From: an uncultured Candidatus Saccharibacteria bacterium
GTDB lineage: Bacteria > Patescibacteriota > Saccharimonadia > Saccharimonadales > UBA4665
Assembly (NCBI GenBank): GCA_964647765.1
Contig: CAZYJC010000002.1
Coordinates: forward strand, 39,512-103,511
Length of the DNA: 64,000 bases
Reading direction: 5' to 3'
Made by a program: the position numbers and the translations under genes. This document shows positions 56,307 through 64,000 of the stretch, one piece after another (the stretch's first letter is position 1; each line of letters starts with the position of its first letter). The notes below the pieces were generated by a model that worked only from the letters and a program-made list of their open reading frames with translations, searched no databases and had not been told where the DNA came from.

Positions 56307-57206
56307 TCAAGATGTAGCTATGCTGGCGAAAGCTTTTCGGCTGTATTCAAGAAATCTCTCAGCGTTTGGCGAATTGTGCAGTAACATCCATATTGCACAT
56401 ACGCAGGCAGCATAACACTCAGCTAGTTTAAAATATCTAAGTTCGTCGCTGGTTAGCTGACTCTTAGCCTCGGAGTTGTATCCATCGAATAGGGTTTTTT
56501 GGAGATCGCTAGGTTCAAAGTCTGTTGCAGTTCGCATAGACAGATAAGTTCTGGCGATATCAATAAGTCTGAGATTGGGCTCCGCTGTCTCGAGGTCAAA
56601 AACCGCAGTGATTTTGTCGTTTGCGGCATAAACATTACCAAACCAGAAATCTCCGTGTATTACTGCACCTGGTAGTTTATGATCAAATACTTTTAGACCG
56701 GCCTGATACATTTTGCTAAGTTCTGATTTATGATCACCATGATAGCTGTCCAAGTCTATTTTTGAGATCACCGGGTTGAGCCATTGGAGATCGGACTCAG
56801 GTAACTCGATGCCCTCAAGAGCGTTATGAATTTTTGCCAAAGTTGCCCCAAAATCGCGCACTAAACCTAAGCTTATTTTCTCAGGAACCTGTCCATCAAT
56901 CTTTTTACTTATTGTGAAACTGTAGCCAGAAACCTCTCCAACAAAATTGCCATCCTCGAGCCTTAAATATTCAGGTGAAACCATGCCAGCTCGATTTAGA
57001 CGTTTATGGACTTCGATCTCGGATGACACATTTGCTGGTTTCTGGGCCTTAAGTATTCTAATGAAATAGTCGTCATCTTGGTCGTCGCGCACTTCATAGA
57101 CAATGTTGGCAAAGGCGGTTTTGTTAAGTCGGATTTCAGCAAGTATAGTTTGAGAATAAAGCTCAAACATTCGCCTAATTTGCTCGTTGTTCGGAGTTTC
57201 GGCCAT
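56307..57206 (-). CDS. Aminoglycoside/choline/homoserine-kinase-type phosphotransferase (APH family)
   Basis: VIHGDFWFGNV (catalytic loop) and FDLETA (DxE) motifs, with a length of about 300 aa. Confidence 0.75.
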   Translation of the reverse strand: MAETPNNEQIRRMFELYSQTILAEIRLNKTAFANIVYEVRDDQDDDYFIRILKAQKPANVSSEIEVHKRLNRAGMVSPEYLRLEDGNFVGEVSGYSFTISKKIDGQVPEKISLGLVRDFGATLAKIHNALEGIELPESDLQWLNPVISKIDLDSYHGDHKSELSKMYQAGLKVFDHKLPGAVIHGDFWFGNVYAANDKITAVFDLETAEPNLRLIDIARTYLSMRTATDFEPSDLQKTLFDGYNSEAKSQLTSDELRYFKLAECYAACVCAIWMLLHNSPNAERFLEYSRKAFASIATS

Positions 57207-57237
57207 GGCCTAACTATAACATCAAAACTAACGGAGG

Positions 57238-57267
57238 TTGGCAATAGTATAATAGTTATGCTATAAT
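57238..57267 (+). promoter_or_regulatory. Candidate promoter TTGGCA-N18-TATAAT with extended -10 (TGC)
   Basis: TTGGCA lies at 57238-57243 and TGCTATAAT ends at 57267, about 135 nt upstream of the racemase ATG. Confidence 0.45.
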
Positions 57268-57401
57268 AAGTTTTATGAAATTGAGCAACATACTCTTATC
57301 AGTCACAAATACGTTTGCTCACCCATATACGCATTATTGGGCTTAAGCCCGTTTATCTAAAAATACCACCCGAATCTATTAATTTAATCTAGGAGATTAT
57401 C

Positions 57402-58088
57402 ATGCCTGCTATAGGTATTCTTGGCGGCATGGGTCCTCAGGCGAGCGCGCGGTTATACGAGCTGCTAATTAGTGGCACAAAGCAGTACAATGCTGCCGCA
57501 ATTGACAGTGACTTCCCGTCGATAGTTTTGCTTAACGTACCTGTGCCAAATTTTGTTACTAATAAAGATCATTTGGCTCCAGCCCGTGAGCTTTTAATAA
57601 AAAGCACCAAAATATTGGAAGGGGCTGGATGCACCATTAATGGTATTGCGTGCAATACTGCGCATATCCTTTTGCCCGATTTGCGGGCATCCACGACAGT
57701 TCCTTTTTTGTCTATCCCTGAGCTCGTTAATCGCGTGGTTAAAAATAATGAGTACAAAAGAGTTGGCCTGCTGGCAACTCCCACAACTTTGAAAGCATCG
57801 ATTTATGACGATCGGATAGCCAGTCGGGTAGCTTTAGTGCGGCCAAGAATAGAAGTCGCGTTGAATACCGAGAAACTAATATACAAGCAATTAAAAGGAA
57901 TAATCACCCCGAAGGATCGCTTCAGATTTAGGAGGTTAGTGGAAGATTTTAAGACGGAGCAGAATCTAGATGCAGTAATATTAGGTTGCACAGAATTGCC
58001 GCTGGTTTATGGAACAACTGAGGACGAGACTATAATCGATACGCTGCAAATACTTTGCAATGAGTTGCTAAGCAAATATTTCAATTGA
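57402..58088 (+). CDS. Aspartate/glutamate racemase family protein
   Basis: GILGGMGPQASA, CNTAH and LGCTELP (two catalytic Cys). Confidence 0.85.
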   Translation: MPAIGILGGMGPQASARLYELLISGTKQYNAAAIDSDFPSIVLLNVPVPNFVTNKDHLAPARELLIKSTKILEGAGCTINGIACNTAHILLPDLRASTTVPFLSIPELVNRVVKNNEYKRVGLLATPTTLKASIYDDRIASRVALVRPRIEVALNTEKLIYKQLKGIITPKDRFRFRRLVEDFKTEQNLDAVILGCTELPLVYGTTEDETIIDTLQILCNELLSKYFN

Positions 58089-58361
58089 AATTTTGACTGA
58101 GTCGCCGACGCGTAAACCTGTAGTTGTGCGAATATCCTTTTTGATTGGAATGATGTAGCAGCTAGATTTTTTGTCCGGGAAAACAGAAGTCTTCCAAGTT
58201 TCTTCATCGATTTTCACCTTTACTCGCACAGCGCCAAACCCACGCCTAAAGTCTTTGCTCAGATATTCGATTTCATCAGAAATATCTTTAGGTACAGTCG
58301 CGAAGACCCAAGGATTCTCCCCGCTATATAACCAAAGTTTAGCTTTGAAATCATAAATCAT
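58068..58361 (-). CDS. DUF1905 domain protein
   Basis: FKAKLWLYSGENPWVFATVPKDISDEI...GAVRVKVKI...TSVFP is the typical pattern. Confidence 0.68.
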   Translation of the reverse strand: MIYDFKAKLWLYSGENPWVFATVPKDISDEIEYLSKDFRRGFGAVRVKVKIDEETWKTSVFPDKKSSCYIIPIKKDIRTTTGLRVGDSVKISIEIFA

Positions 58362-58401
58362 TTACCTATGTATTTTAACCGAACTAAGCTAGTATGGACG
58401 T

Positions 58402-58869
58402 ATGTCAGTTATTGGGGAAATCATCGTAATAGCTCTGCTATGTATTTTTATAGGCGGGGCTTCAATACCAATTGCATTTACGCTTACTGATAACCCAGTT
58501 ATTGTCTGGACGGGTAATGCACTCGGTTCAGCCTTGTCGGCTTTAGTAGTAGTGATAGTCGCTAACAAAATAACTGACAGGCGAGAAGAAAAAAAACTTG
58601 AGAAAAAGCCTTTTACCAAGAAGATCGTGACGGTATTTGAAGAGGGCGATGATAATAAAAAAGTCAAAAAAGCTCGCATTCTTATTAACAAACATGGACT
58701 AAGACTGTTTTCGTTGATTTGTCCGATTTTTCCCGGAGTCTTAATTTCTACTGTAGCGGTCTATGCGTTGAATCTTGAGCGCAGAATGTACTTCAAATGG
58801 ATGATGGCGGGCGTTGTTTTAGTCAGCGGGTTTTACGTATTTAGTTACTGGTTCGCGTTTGTTAAATAG
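58402..58869 (+). CDS. Hypothetical 4-TM membrane protein (possibly small multidrug-export-like)
   Basis: Hydrophobicity pattern plus a central K/E-rich loop. The family guess is weak. Confidence 0.4.
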   Translation: MSVIGEIIVIALLCIFIGGASIPIAFTLTDNPVIVWTGNALGSALSALVVVIVANKITDRREEKKLEKKPFTKKIVTVFEEGDDNKKVKKARILINKHGLRLFSLICPIFPGVLISTVAVYALNLERRMYFKWMMAGVVLVSGFYVFSYWFAFVK

Positions 58870-58870
58870 C

Positions 58871-59329
58871 CTAGCTAACGGTCTTCAGCCCGGGTAGGAA
58901 TCTTGGCGTCTTTTTGGCGTACGCCGAGTAGTTTTTAAACTTTTTATTTAGTTGAGTTTCTTCATAACAAGATTTGTAATATAAGAGTATTATCAATGCT
59001 AGCGTCAGTATGTATTTTATTAATAGGCCGCTTTGCAATGAGCTACCGAGGGCAAACAAAATTACGAATGAATACATTGGATGCCTGACATATTTGTAAA
59101 GACCGGTAGTCCCAAGCCGGGCATTTTTTGTCGGTATTGGCATAATTGTTAAAGAAGATTTAATAACTGGACTGGCTAGAATTATCCCTAATATTGCAGT
59201 CAGCTCAATTGCCCGGCCGAGTAAAATCATCGGATCGTGGATCACGGGACCCATGGTTGGCAAAAAAATGATTAAACCTAAGAGTCCGAACTGTAAACCT
59301 ACATATATAAACGGCTCAAGTTTATTCAT
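58871..59329 (-). CDS. Isoprenylcysteine carboxyl methyltransferase (ICMT)-like membrane methyltransferase
   Basis: TTGLYKYVRHPMYSF motif. Confidence 0.68.
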   Translation of the reverse strand: MNKLEPFIYVGLQFGLLGLIIFLPTMGPVIHDPMILLGRAIELTAILGIILASPVIKSSLTIMPIPTKNARLGTTGLYKYVRHPMYSFVILFALGSSLQSGLLIKYILTLALIILLYYKSCYEETQLNKKFKNYSAYAKKTPRFLPGLKTVS

Positions 59330-59728
59330 TTATCGAAGCTTTTTGCTGCACACTTTGCATAAACCCGATACTGTCAATCTGCCTGAAATATGACAACCGT
59401 CCCCTATTGTAGACTCTAAAATTGGTTTGATTTTGGCTTCAACATTAGTATCTTTGAGCATGCCACAGTTCATACATAAGAAATGGTCATGGGGCGTTAC
59501 ATTGTAGTCGTAGCGTATCGCATTGTCGTTACGAGAGGGGGCAATTAGTAGTTCGCCGCGCTGATACATCCTTGTAGTTATTCTGTGAACAGTAGTCGCG
59601 CTCAAATTGGGATACTCGCTGAGCAGGGCCTCATGGATTTCAGAATTAGTGGCATGGCCTACACCTTTTAAGTAGGACCTAACGGCACGAGTGTATCTAG
59701 TGGTACGTTCGTTAACGGTTGTTTGCAC
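59330..59728 (-). CDS. Fur-family transcriptional regulator
   Basis: A winged-helix N-domain (TNSEIHEALLSEYPNLSATTVHRITTRM) plus HDHFLCMNCG...CKVC metal sites. It abuts the ICMT-like gene. Confidence 0.8.
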   Translation of the reverse strand: MQTTVNERTTRYTRAVRSYLKGVGHATNSEIHEALLSEYPNLSATTVHRITTRMYQRGELLIAPSRNDNAIRYDYNVTPHDHFLCMNCGMLKDTNVEAKIKPILESTIGDGCHISGRLTVSGLCKVCSKKLR

Positions 59729-59775
59729 GATTTACTCCTGTACAAATTCTACACTATTGTAAATCACCAGGTTAT

Positions 59776-59796
59776 TAATGTAAACTATTTACATTA
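59776..59796. promoter_or_regulatory. 21-bp palindrome TAATGTAAA-CTA-TTTACATTA (candidate Fur-family operator)
   Basis: Perfect 9-bp arms in the 72-nt divergent region between the fur-like gene and the rhodanese gene. Confidence 0.4.
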
Positions 59797-59800
59797 GTAA

Positions 59801-60082
59801 ATGAAAGGAATGGTGATGGATCCAGTAATAATAGATGTTAGAGAAAAATATGAATTCAAAATGGGACATGTCCGCGGAGCAATAAATATTCCTCCTAACA
59901 AATTAATGGCTGGAGCATCGGAATTAGAAGATTTACCAAAAGACACACCGCTAGTCCTTTATTGCAAAACCGGTGCTCGTTCGGCAGCTTCGATGAATTT
60001 TTTGCGCCAACAAGGTTTTACCAATCTAGTTAATGGAATTAATAAAGATCACGTCAAAGCCAGATATTTACAGAAGTCCTAG
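59801..60082 (+). CDS. Single-domain rhodanese (sulfurtransferase)
   Basis: The active-site loop is YCKTGARS. ATG 59816 (MDPVII...), 7 nt after AAAGGA, is a plausible true start. Confidence 0.85.
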   Translation: MKGMVMDPVIIDVREKYEFKMGHVRGAINIPPNKLMAGASELEDLPKDTPLVLYCKTGARSAASMNFLRQQGFTNLVNGINKDHVKARYLQKS

Positions 60083-60477
60083 CGGTTCAGCCAGGTAATG
60101 CTCATTTGCAACACAGTTGCAATCGAAACCCAGATCAAATAGGGTACAAATGCAATCGAGACTAACTTGTTATGAGGCCAAATCGCGATCATCGCCCAAA
60201 CAATCGTTATCAATACTAAAAATATATCGATTAGTGCCAAGGTATTATTCCTGAGTCCAAACTGGATCGGGGTAAATATTAGATTAAAAAACAAATTGAG
60301 CCAGAAGGGGAGTGCTATCTTCCAGTCGATTTTGTGTTGTATAACTAGAACAACTATATAAATATTAACTGCCAAAATAATTGGGTAGAGGATGCTCCAC
60401 ACAATACCAAAAACATTCTCTTGAGGTGCCCAGCCGGGCTTCTTTAAAGAACTGTACCAATTTGTTGTTTCGTTCAT
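60079..60477 (-). CDS. tspO: TspO/MBR tryptophan-rich sensory protein
   Basis: WYSSLKKPGWAPQENVFGIVWSILY, five TM helices, and Trp-rich composition. Confidence 0.85.
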   Translation of the reverse strand: MNETTNWYSSLKKPGWAPQENVFGIVWSILYPIILAVNIYIVVLVIQHKIDWKIALPFWLNLFFNLIFTPIQFGLRNNTLALIDIFLVLITIVWAMIAIWPHNKLVSIAFVPYLIWVSIATVLQMSITWLNR

Positions 60478-60480
60478 ATG

Positions 60481-60912
60481 CTATTCCTCCCCAAGTTTAT
60501 TAAAAATTAGGTAGGCTGATCTATGAATCAGGGTTACACAAATCACAACTGCCAAGATTCCAAAAAATCCGTTTACTTTGATATATGTTCCGAAAAAGAT
60601 ATCGAGTGCGATAATGAAGACGAACTTAGACAAGAACATAATTAGCCACAAACAGAAAAAAGTTAATAATCTATAAATCCTACCTTCACGGTCCTTAAGC
60701 CAATGAATAATTAATCCTTTTAGCTGGAAGGCAAAATATGTTAAAACCTCCAATACTAGCGATGTAAAAAATATAGTCGAGAAACTTTTTGCATAAACTA
60801 TCGAAGTATAGTCGCTAAAAAACCCAAGAACAATGACGTAAATAAGCGTCCCGATAAAAAGTTCCTGAAAAGCTAGCTGCTTTTTGGTGAATACAGGTCT
60901 GCTGGGTGCCAT
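60481..60912 (-). CDS. Hypothetical 4-TM membrane protein
   Basis: Hydrophobicity pattern only. It lies 3 nt upstream of tspO. Confidence 0.4.
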   Translation of the reverse strand: MAPSRPVFTKKQLAFQELFIGTLIYVIVLGFFSDYTSIVYAKSFSTIFFTSLVLEVLTYFAFQLKGLIIHWLKDREGRIYRLLTFFCLWLIMFLSKFVFIIALDIFFGTYIKVNGFFGILAVVICVTLIHRSAYLIFNKLGEE

Positions 60913-60957
60913 AATAGGATTTTAACAAAACCTACTCAAAGTCGTGCGAGTGTTAAA

Positions 60958-62172
60958 ATGGGTATAAAGATGAAACGAAAACAAAAATACAAAAAACTTG
61001 CCCCTCGCAACATTTTCTCCTATGTCCTTACCGAGGAACGACGCAGTAGCATACTAATATTGATTGCCGCAGCCCTGGCGCTGGCTATTTCTAATTCCTC
61101 ATGGTCGTCTACATACTTTAACTTTCTTGATACTGAACTTACTTTTGGCGCTGTAACGATGGACCTTCAACACTGGATAAATGAAGGACTGATGGCAATA
61201 TTTTTCCTAGTTGTAGTGCTTGAGATAAAACGTGAATTTATTGATGGAGAGCTCAGGTCTTGGCGCAAGGCGTCGTTCTTGGTTTTTGCATCATTAGGGG
61301 GGATGATTGTACCAGCACTGATTTTTTCAGCATTTAATCCCTATCCACCACAAAGCACCGGTTGGGCAATACCGATTTCAACAGATACCGCCATTGCTTT
61401 GGGGGTTATTGGTCTCTTAGGTAGGCGAATTCCAAGGAATCTCAAAATAACGCTTCTAGCCATAGCAATAATCGATGATGTTATCTCTATCCTAGTAATC
61501 GGTCTTTATTACAGCCGGCCGACAAATATGTTCTTCCTGCTAGTGGCACTTGCACTAAGTACCTTGCTAGTCTATTTAAGATCAAAAAAATATAGGCTAT
61601 TTAGTTTTGCGATACTTGGTTTTGTGATCTGGTACTGTTTGCTGCTCGCAGGGGTTACCGGCACCATTGCAGGTGTGATTGTCGCACTAATTGCGCCTTT
61701 AACGACTCGACGAGCTAATGCAGCCAACTTACAAGGATCAGAAATCGTAGAGGATATGTTGCTGCCGGTCACTGCTCTGCTAATAGTTCCGGTGTTCGTG
61801 TTTGCAAACGCTGGTCTGGATTTTAGCACTATCTCACTGACTCATGAAGGAAGCTTGATGGTTTTTATCGGGGTTGCTCTAGGCCTTTTGATAGGCAAGC
61901 CGCTAGGAATTTTCTCAGGTGGGCTAATTGCAGCAAAACTTAGGATTGCTCACAAACCCCGTGGTGTTAATTGGCCTCAGATATGGGGAATTGGTTGCAT
62001 CTCCGGGATAGGGTTTACAATCTCTATCTTAATCGCTGATTTTGCCTACGCATCAGACACACAACTCCAAAATGCAGCGATTTTAGGCGTATTTACAGCT
62101 TCAGTGATAGCGGGACTGGCTGGCGTAATTGTCCTGAAGTACTACAGTCAAATCCTCCCACACAAAAAGTAG
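60958..62172 (+). CDS. nhaA: Na+/H+ antiporter NhaA
   Basis: WINEGLMAIFFLVVVLEIKRE, AIAIIDDV (the DD pair) and FVFANAG motifs. Confidence 0.9.
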   Translation: MGIKMKRKQKYKKLAPRNIFSYVLTEERRSSILILIAAALALAISNSSWSSTYFNFLDTELTFGAVTMDLQHWINEGLMAIFFLVVVLEIKREFIDGELRSWRKASFLVFASLGGMIVPALIFSAFNPYPPQSTGWAIPISTDTAIALGVIGLLGRRIPRNLKITLLAIAIIDDVISILVIGLYYSRPTNMFFLLVALALSTLLVYLRSKKYRLFSFAILGFVIWYCLLLAGVTGTIAGVIVALIAPLTTRRANAANLQGSEIVEDMLLPVTALLIVPVFVFANAGLDFSTISLTHEGSLMVFIGVALGLLIGKPLGIFSGGLIAAKLRIAHKPRGVNWPQIWGIGCISGIGFTISILIADFAYASDTQLQNAAILGVFTASVIAGLAGVIVLKYYSQILPHKK

Positions 62173-62240
62173 CTTCCTAAAAGATGATTCACAGCTACGG
62201 CTAACATTGATACTTTTTGTGCGCAGGCTGTTGATTGAAC

Positions 62241-62867
62241 TTAGGCCTTTAGCATGGTAAATGCATGGGACCATTCATTTCTTAGCATGCCTGGTATGCA
62301 CCATAGAATACATAACGGTTCTATTGCTCGTGCTGACTTAACTCCGCCGAAATCTTCGTGATCCCAACCTAGCTTGCCAAGGATTTGTGCAACTTGTTTT
62401 TTAGCATCTGGATCGTTTCCACATATAAACATCACAGGTTTATTTGAGCCAAAATCAGGATTTACCATATAGGCGTTACCTACGCAGCTAAATGCTTTTA
62501 CAAAATGGGCTTCTGGCGCCGAGTTTTGCAACCTTTCCATCAGAGACTCGTCAAGACTAGTGAAGAAACTAAGCACACCTTCGTCGGGTGGGTTATTGGA
62601 TATGGGATTGGTTGTGTCTATAACTGTTTTGCCAGATATTTCCTGCTTAACAGTATTGACGACCGTTTCTGCCGCAGAACCTTTGACGGCAAGGACGATG
62701 AGATCAGACTTCGCTGCAACATCTTGGTATGTCCCAACGTCGCCCGACCAATTATCAACTGTGGTGCCTTTGCGATTACCAATCCTAACCTCATAACCAA
62801 TAGCTTCGAGGCCTTTTGCTAGCGTTGTGCCAACAATGCCGGCACCGAGGATTCCTACTTTCATCAC
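62241..62867 (-). CDS. NADP oxidoreductase, coenzyme F420-dependent-type (NAD(P)-binding Rossmann) family
   Basis: MKVGILGAGIVGTTLAKGL...GNR..., about 208 aa, a pattern typical of PF03807-type proteins. Confidence 0.72.
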   Translation of the reverse strand: MMKVGILGAGIVGTTLAKGLEAIGYEVRIGNRKGTTVDNWSGDVGTYQDVAAKSDLIVLAVKGSAAETVVNTVKQEISGKTVIDTTNPISNNPPDEGVLSFFTSLDESLMERLQNSAPEAHFVKAFSCVGNAYMVNPDFGSNKPVMFICGNDPDAKKQVAQILGKLGWDHEDFGGVKSARAIEPLCILWCIPGMLRNEWSHAFTMLKA

Positions 62868-62971
62868 AACTAATTGTATCCCATTTGCTAGGAACCTTGT
62901 TGCCCGGACAACAATTTGAAATTGATCACAGCATTTGTGTGGCTAAAAGCCCAGACTTGTTTGCGGATTTG

Positions 62972-63337
62972 TTATTTTTTGGAACCGATATGGCCGAGGT
63001 GGGTCTCTGTGAAGCCTTTTGTATACTTCAAACCATAGCCCAATAGTCTATCAAGTCCAATATGAGCGAACCATATCAGGCTCAAGCCGACAAGAAGTCT
63101 CGTGTCTGTTACATATCCAACGACAAATAATATTGGAGGAATTATCATGCTGTGGCCAACATTGTAGGTATATGCGCCAATTACAGGATTTATAAGGTAG
63201 CCAACCATAAATACATCGAAAACAAACAACAACAAAACAAAAAGTAGAATACTAAAATCCAAATGCCAATAAAGCAAAATGCTGGATGCTAAAATCGCGG
63301 AGGCTTCAACGCGCTGAAAAATAATGCTTTGTCTCAT
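62972..63337 (-). CDS. DUF4260-like membrane protein
   Basis: A 4-TM protein. NVGHSMIIP...FAHIGLDRLLGYGLKY resembles that family. Confidence 0.5.
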   Translation of the reverse strand: MRQSIIFQRVEASAILASSILLYWHLDFSILLFVLLLFVFDVFMVGYLINPVIGAYTYNVGHSMIIPPILFVVGYVTDTRLLVGLSLIWFAHIGLDRLLGYGLKYTKGFTETHLGHIGSKK

Positions 63338-63549
63338 TGATTAAAGGTATTTCCTATTACTATTGGTTTTGGGTCTGTCCCCATTGCGTAACCATCACCG
63401 ATTATGTCTTGGCATTTATTAGAATGGTAGATTCGTATGCCAACTGCTGCCGTGATTAATATTATAGTGATTATTCCCATAGTAATAATAAACTTGGAAT
63501 TTCGCTGAAACTTCTTCACAAGCCAAGTATAACAATATGAAACAGCCAA
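63334..63549 (-). CDS. Hypothetical small membrane-anchored protein
   Basis: One TM helix. ATGA overlap with the downstream gene. Confidence 0.35.
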   Translation of the reverse strand: MAVSYCYTWLVKKFQRNSKFIITMGIITIILITAAVGIRIYHSNKCQDIIGDGYAMGTDPKPIVIGNTFNQ

Positions 63550-63580
63550 TGTCCTTTATAGTTTAAGCGTATAGGTATGA

Positions 63581-63985
63581 TCAGACGCTAAAAAACTTCT
63601 TTATCTTCTCACCAAAATTTATTTTAGATTTATTATTATTGCTGTATTCGGCATAAATACTATCGAGAAACCAATCAATATATTCATCCGATAAATCATC
63701 GGCACTTGATTGAGGCTTCGTCTGGGGGTCTAGAGACTTATACGCTATAGTGTTTTTACCGGTATAAAAACTATGTAACAAATCATAAGCAGCCCTATGA
63801 GAATACGAGGCTAAAGTCTTATAGGCAGCATTGAGGTGCCGCATAGTTTCTGTTGATCCTCCGACATCTGGATGATTCTGCTTAGCTTTATGGATAAATG
63901 CCTGGCGTATCTGGATACTATTAGCACTCGGTTCAAGACCTAGCATTTTATAATAATCAACAAATTCGCCCTCGCTAACAGCCAT
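63581..63985 (-). CDS. J-domain protein (DnaJ-like, J domain only)
   Basis: DYYKMLGLEPSANSIQIRQAFIHKAKQNHPDVGG contains the HPD motif. There is no Gly/Phe or zinc-finger region. Confidence 0.75.
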   Translation of the reverse strand: MAVSEGEFVDYYKMLGLEPSANSIQIRQAFIHKAKQNHPDVGGSTETMRHLNAAYKTLASYSHRAAYDLLHSFYTGKNTIAYKSLDPQTKPQSSADDLSDEYIDWFLDSIYAEYSNNNKSKINFGEKIKKFFSV

Positions 63986-64000
63986 AACAATTATTATAAT

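Overview
The window is a densely coded chromosomal segment of about 80 protein genes and 5 tRNAs. It has no rRNA, CRISPR array, transposase, integrase or phage genes. Long ORFs under the standard code, with TGA used as a stop, argue against recoding. The gene content suggests a monoderm-type, reduced-genome bacterium, plausibly Patescibacteria/CPR such as Saccharibacteria; this is inference only. Supporting content includes a type IV pilus cluster without a secretin, sortases, the RNase Y-YmdB pair, a short TsaB, and many small membrane proteins.

Recognisable blocks:
- 1-7364: type IV pilus genes (three pilin-like genes, pilA, pilC, pilB).
- 7566-9231: recA-recX.
- 9845-17786: a cell-surface module with a beta-helix surface protein plus sortase, a lamin-tail-domain protein, and a degenerate sortase paralog.
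- 14851-15718: tsaE-tsaB.
- 17963-20278: rny-ymdB.
- 28297-32289: murA (fused to an HTH), glyA and murB.
- 33098 onward: a run of transporters (YhhQ, ClC, SulP, NhaA, ABC-2, EamA), a two-component pair beside uppP, and a 50-64 kb stretch of small stress- and detox-type genes.

I found no convincing defence or mobile system. The most unusual items are:
- a sortase paralog with its His, Cys and Arg catalytic residues all replaced;
- an XRE-HTH::MurA fusion with a perfect inverted repeat at its start;
- a peptide deformylase whose metal-ligand Cys reads Asp.

All family assignments rest on motifs read by eye. No database search was possible.
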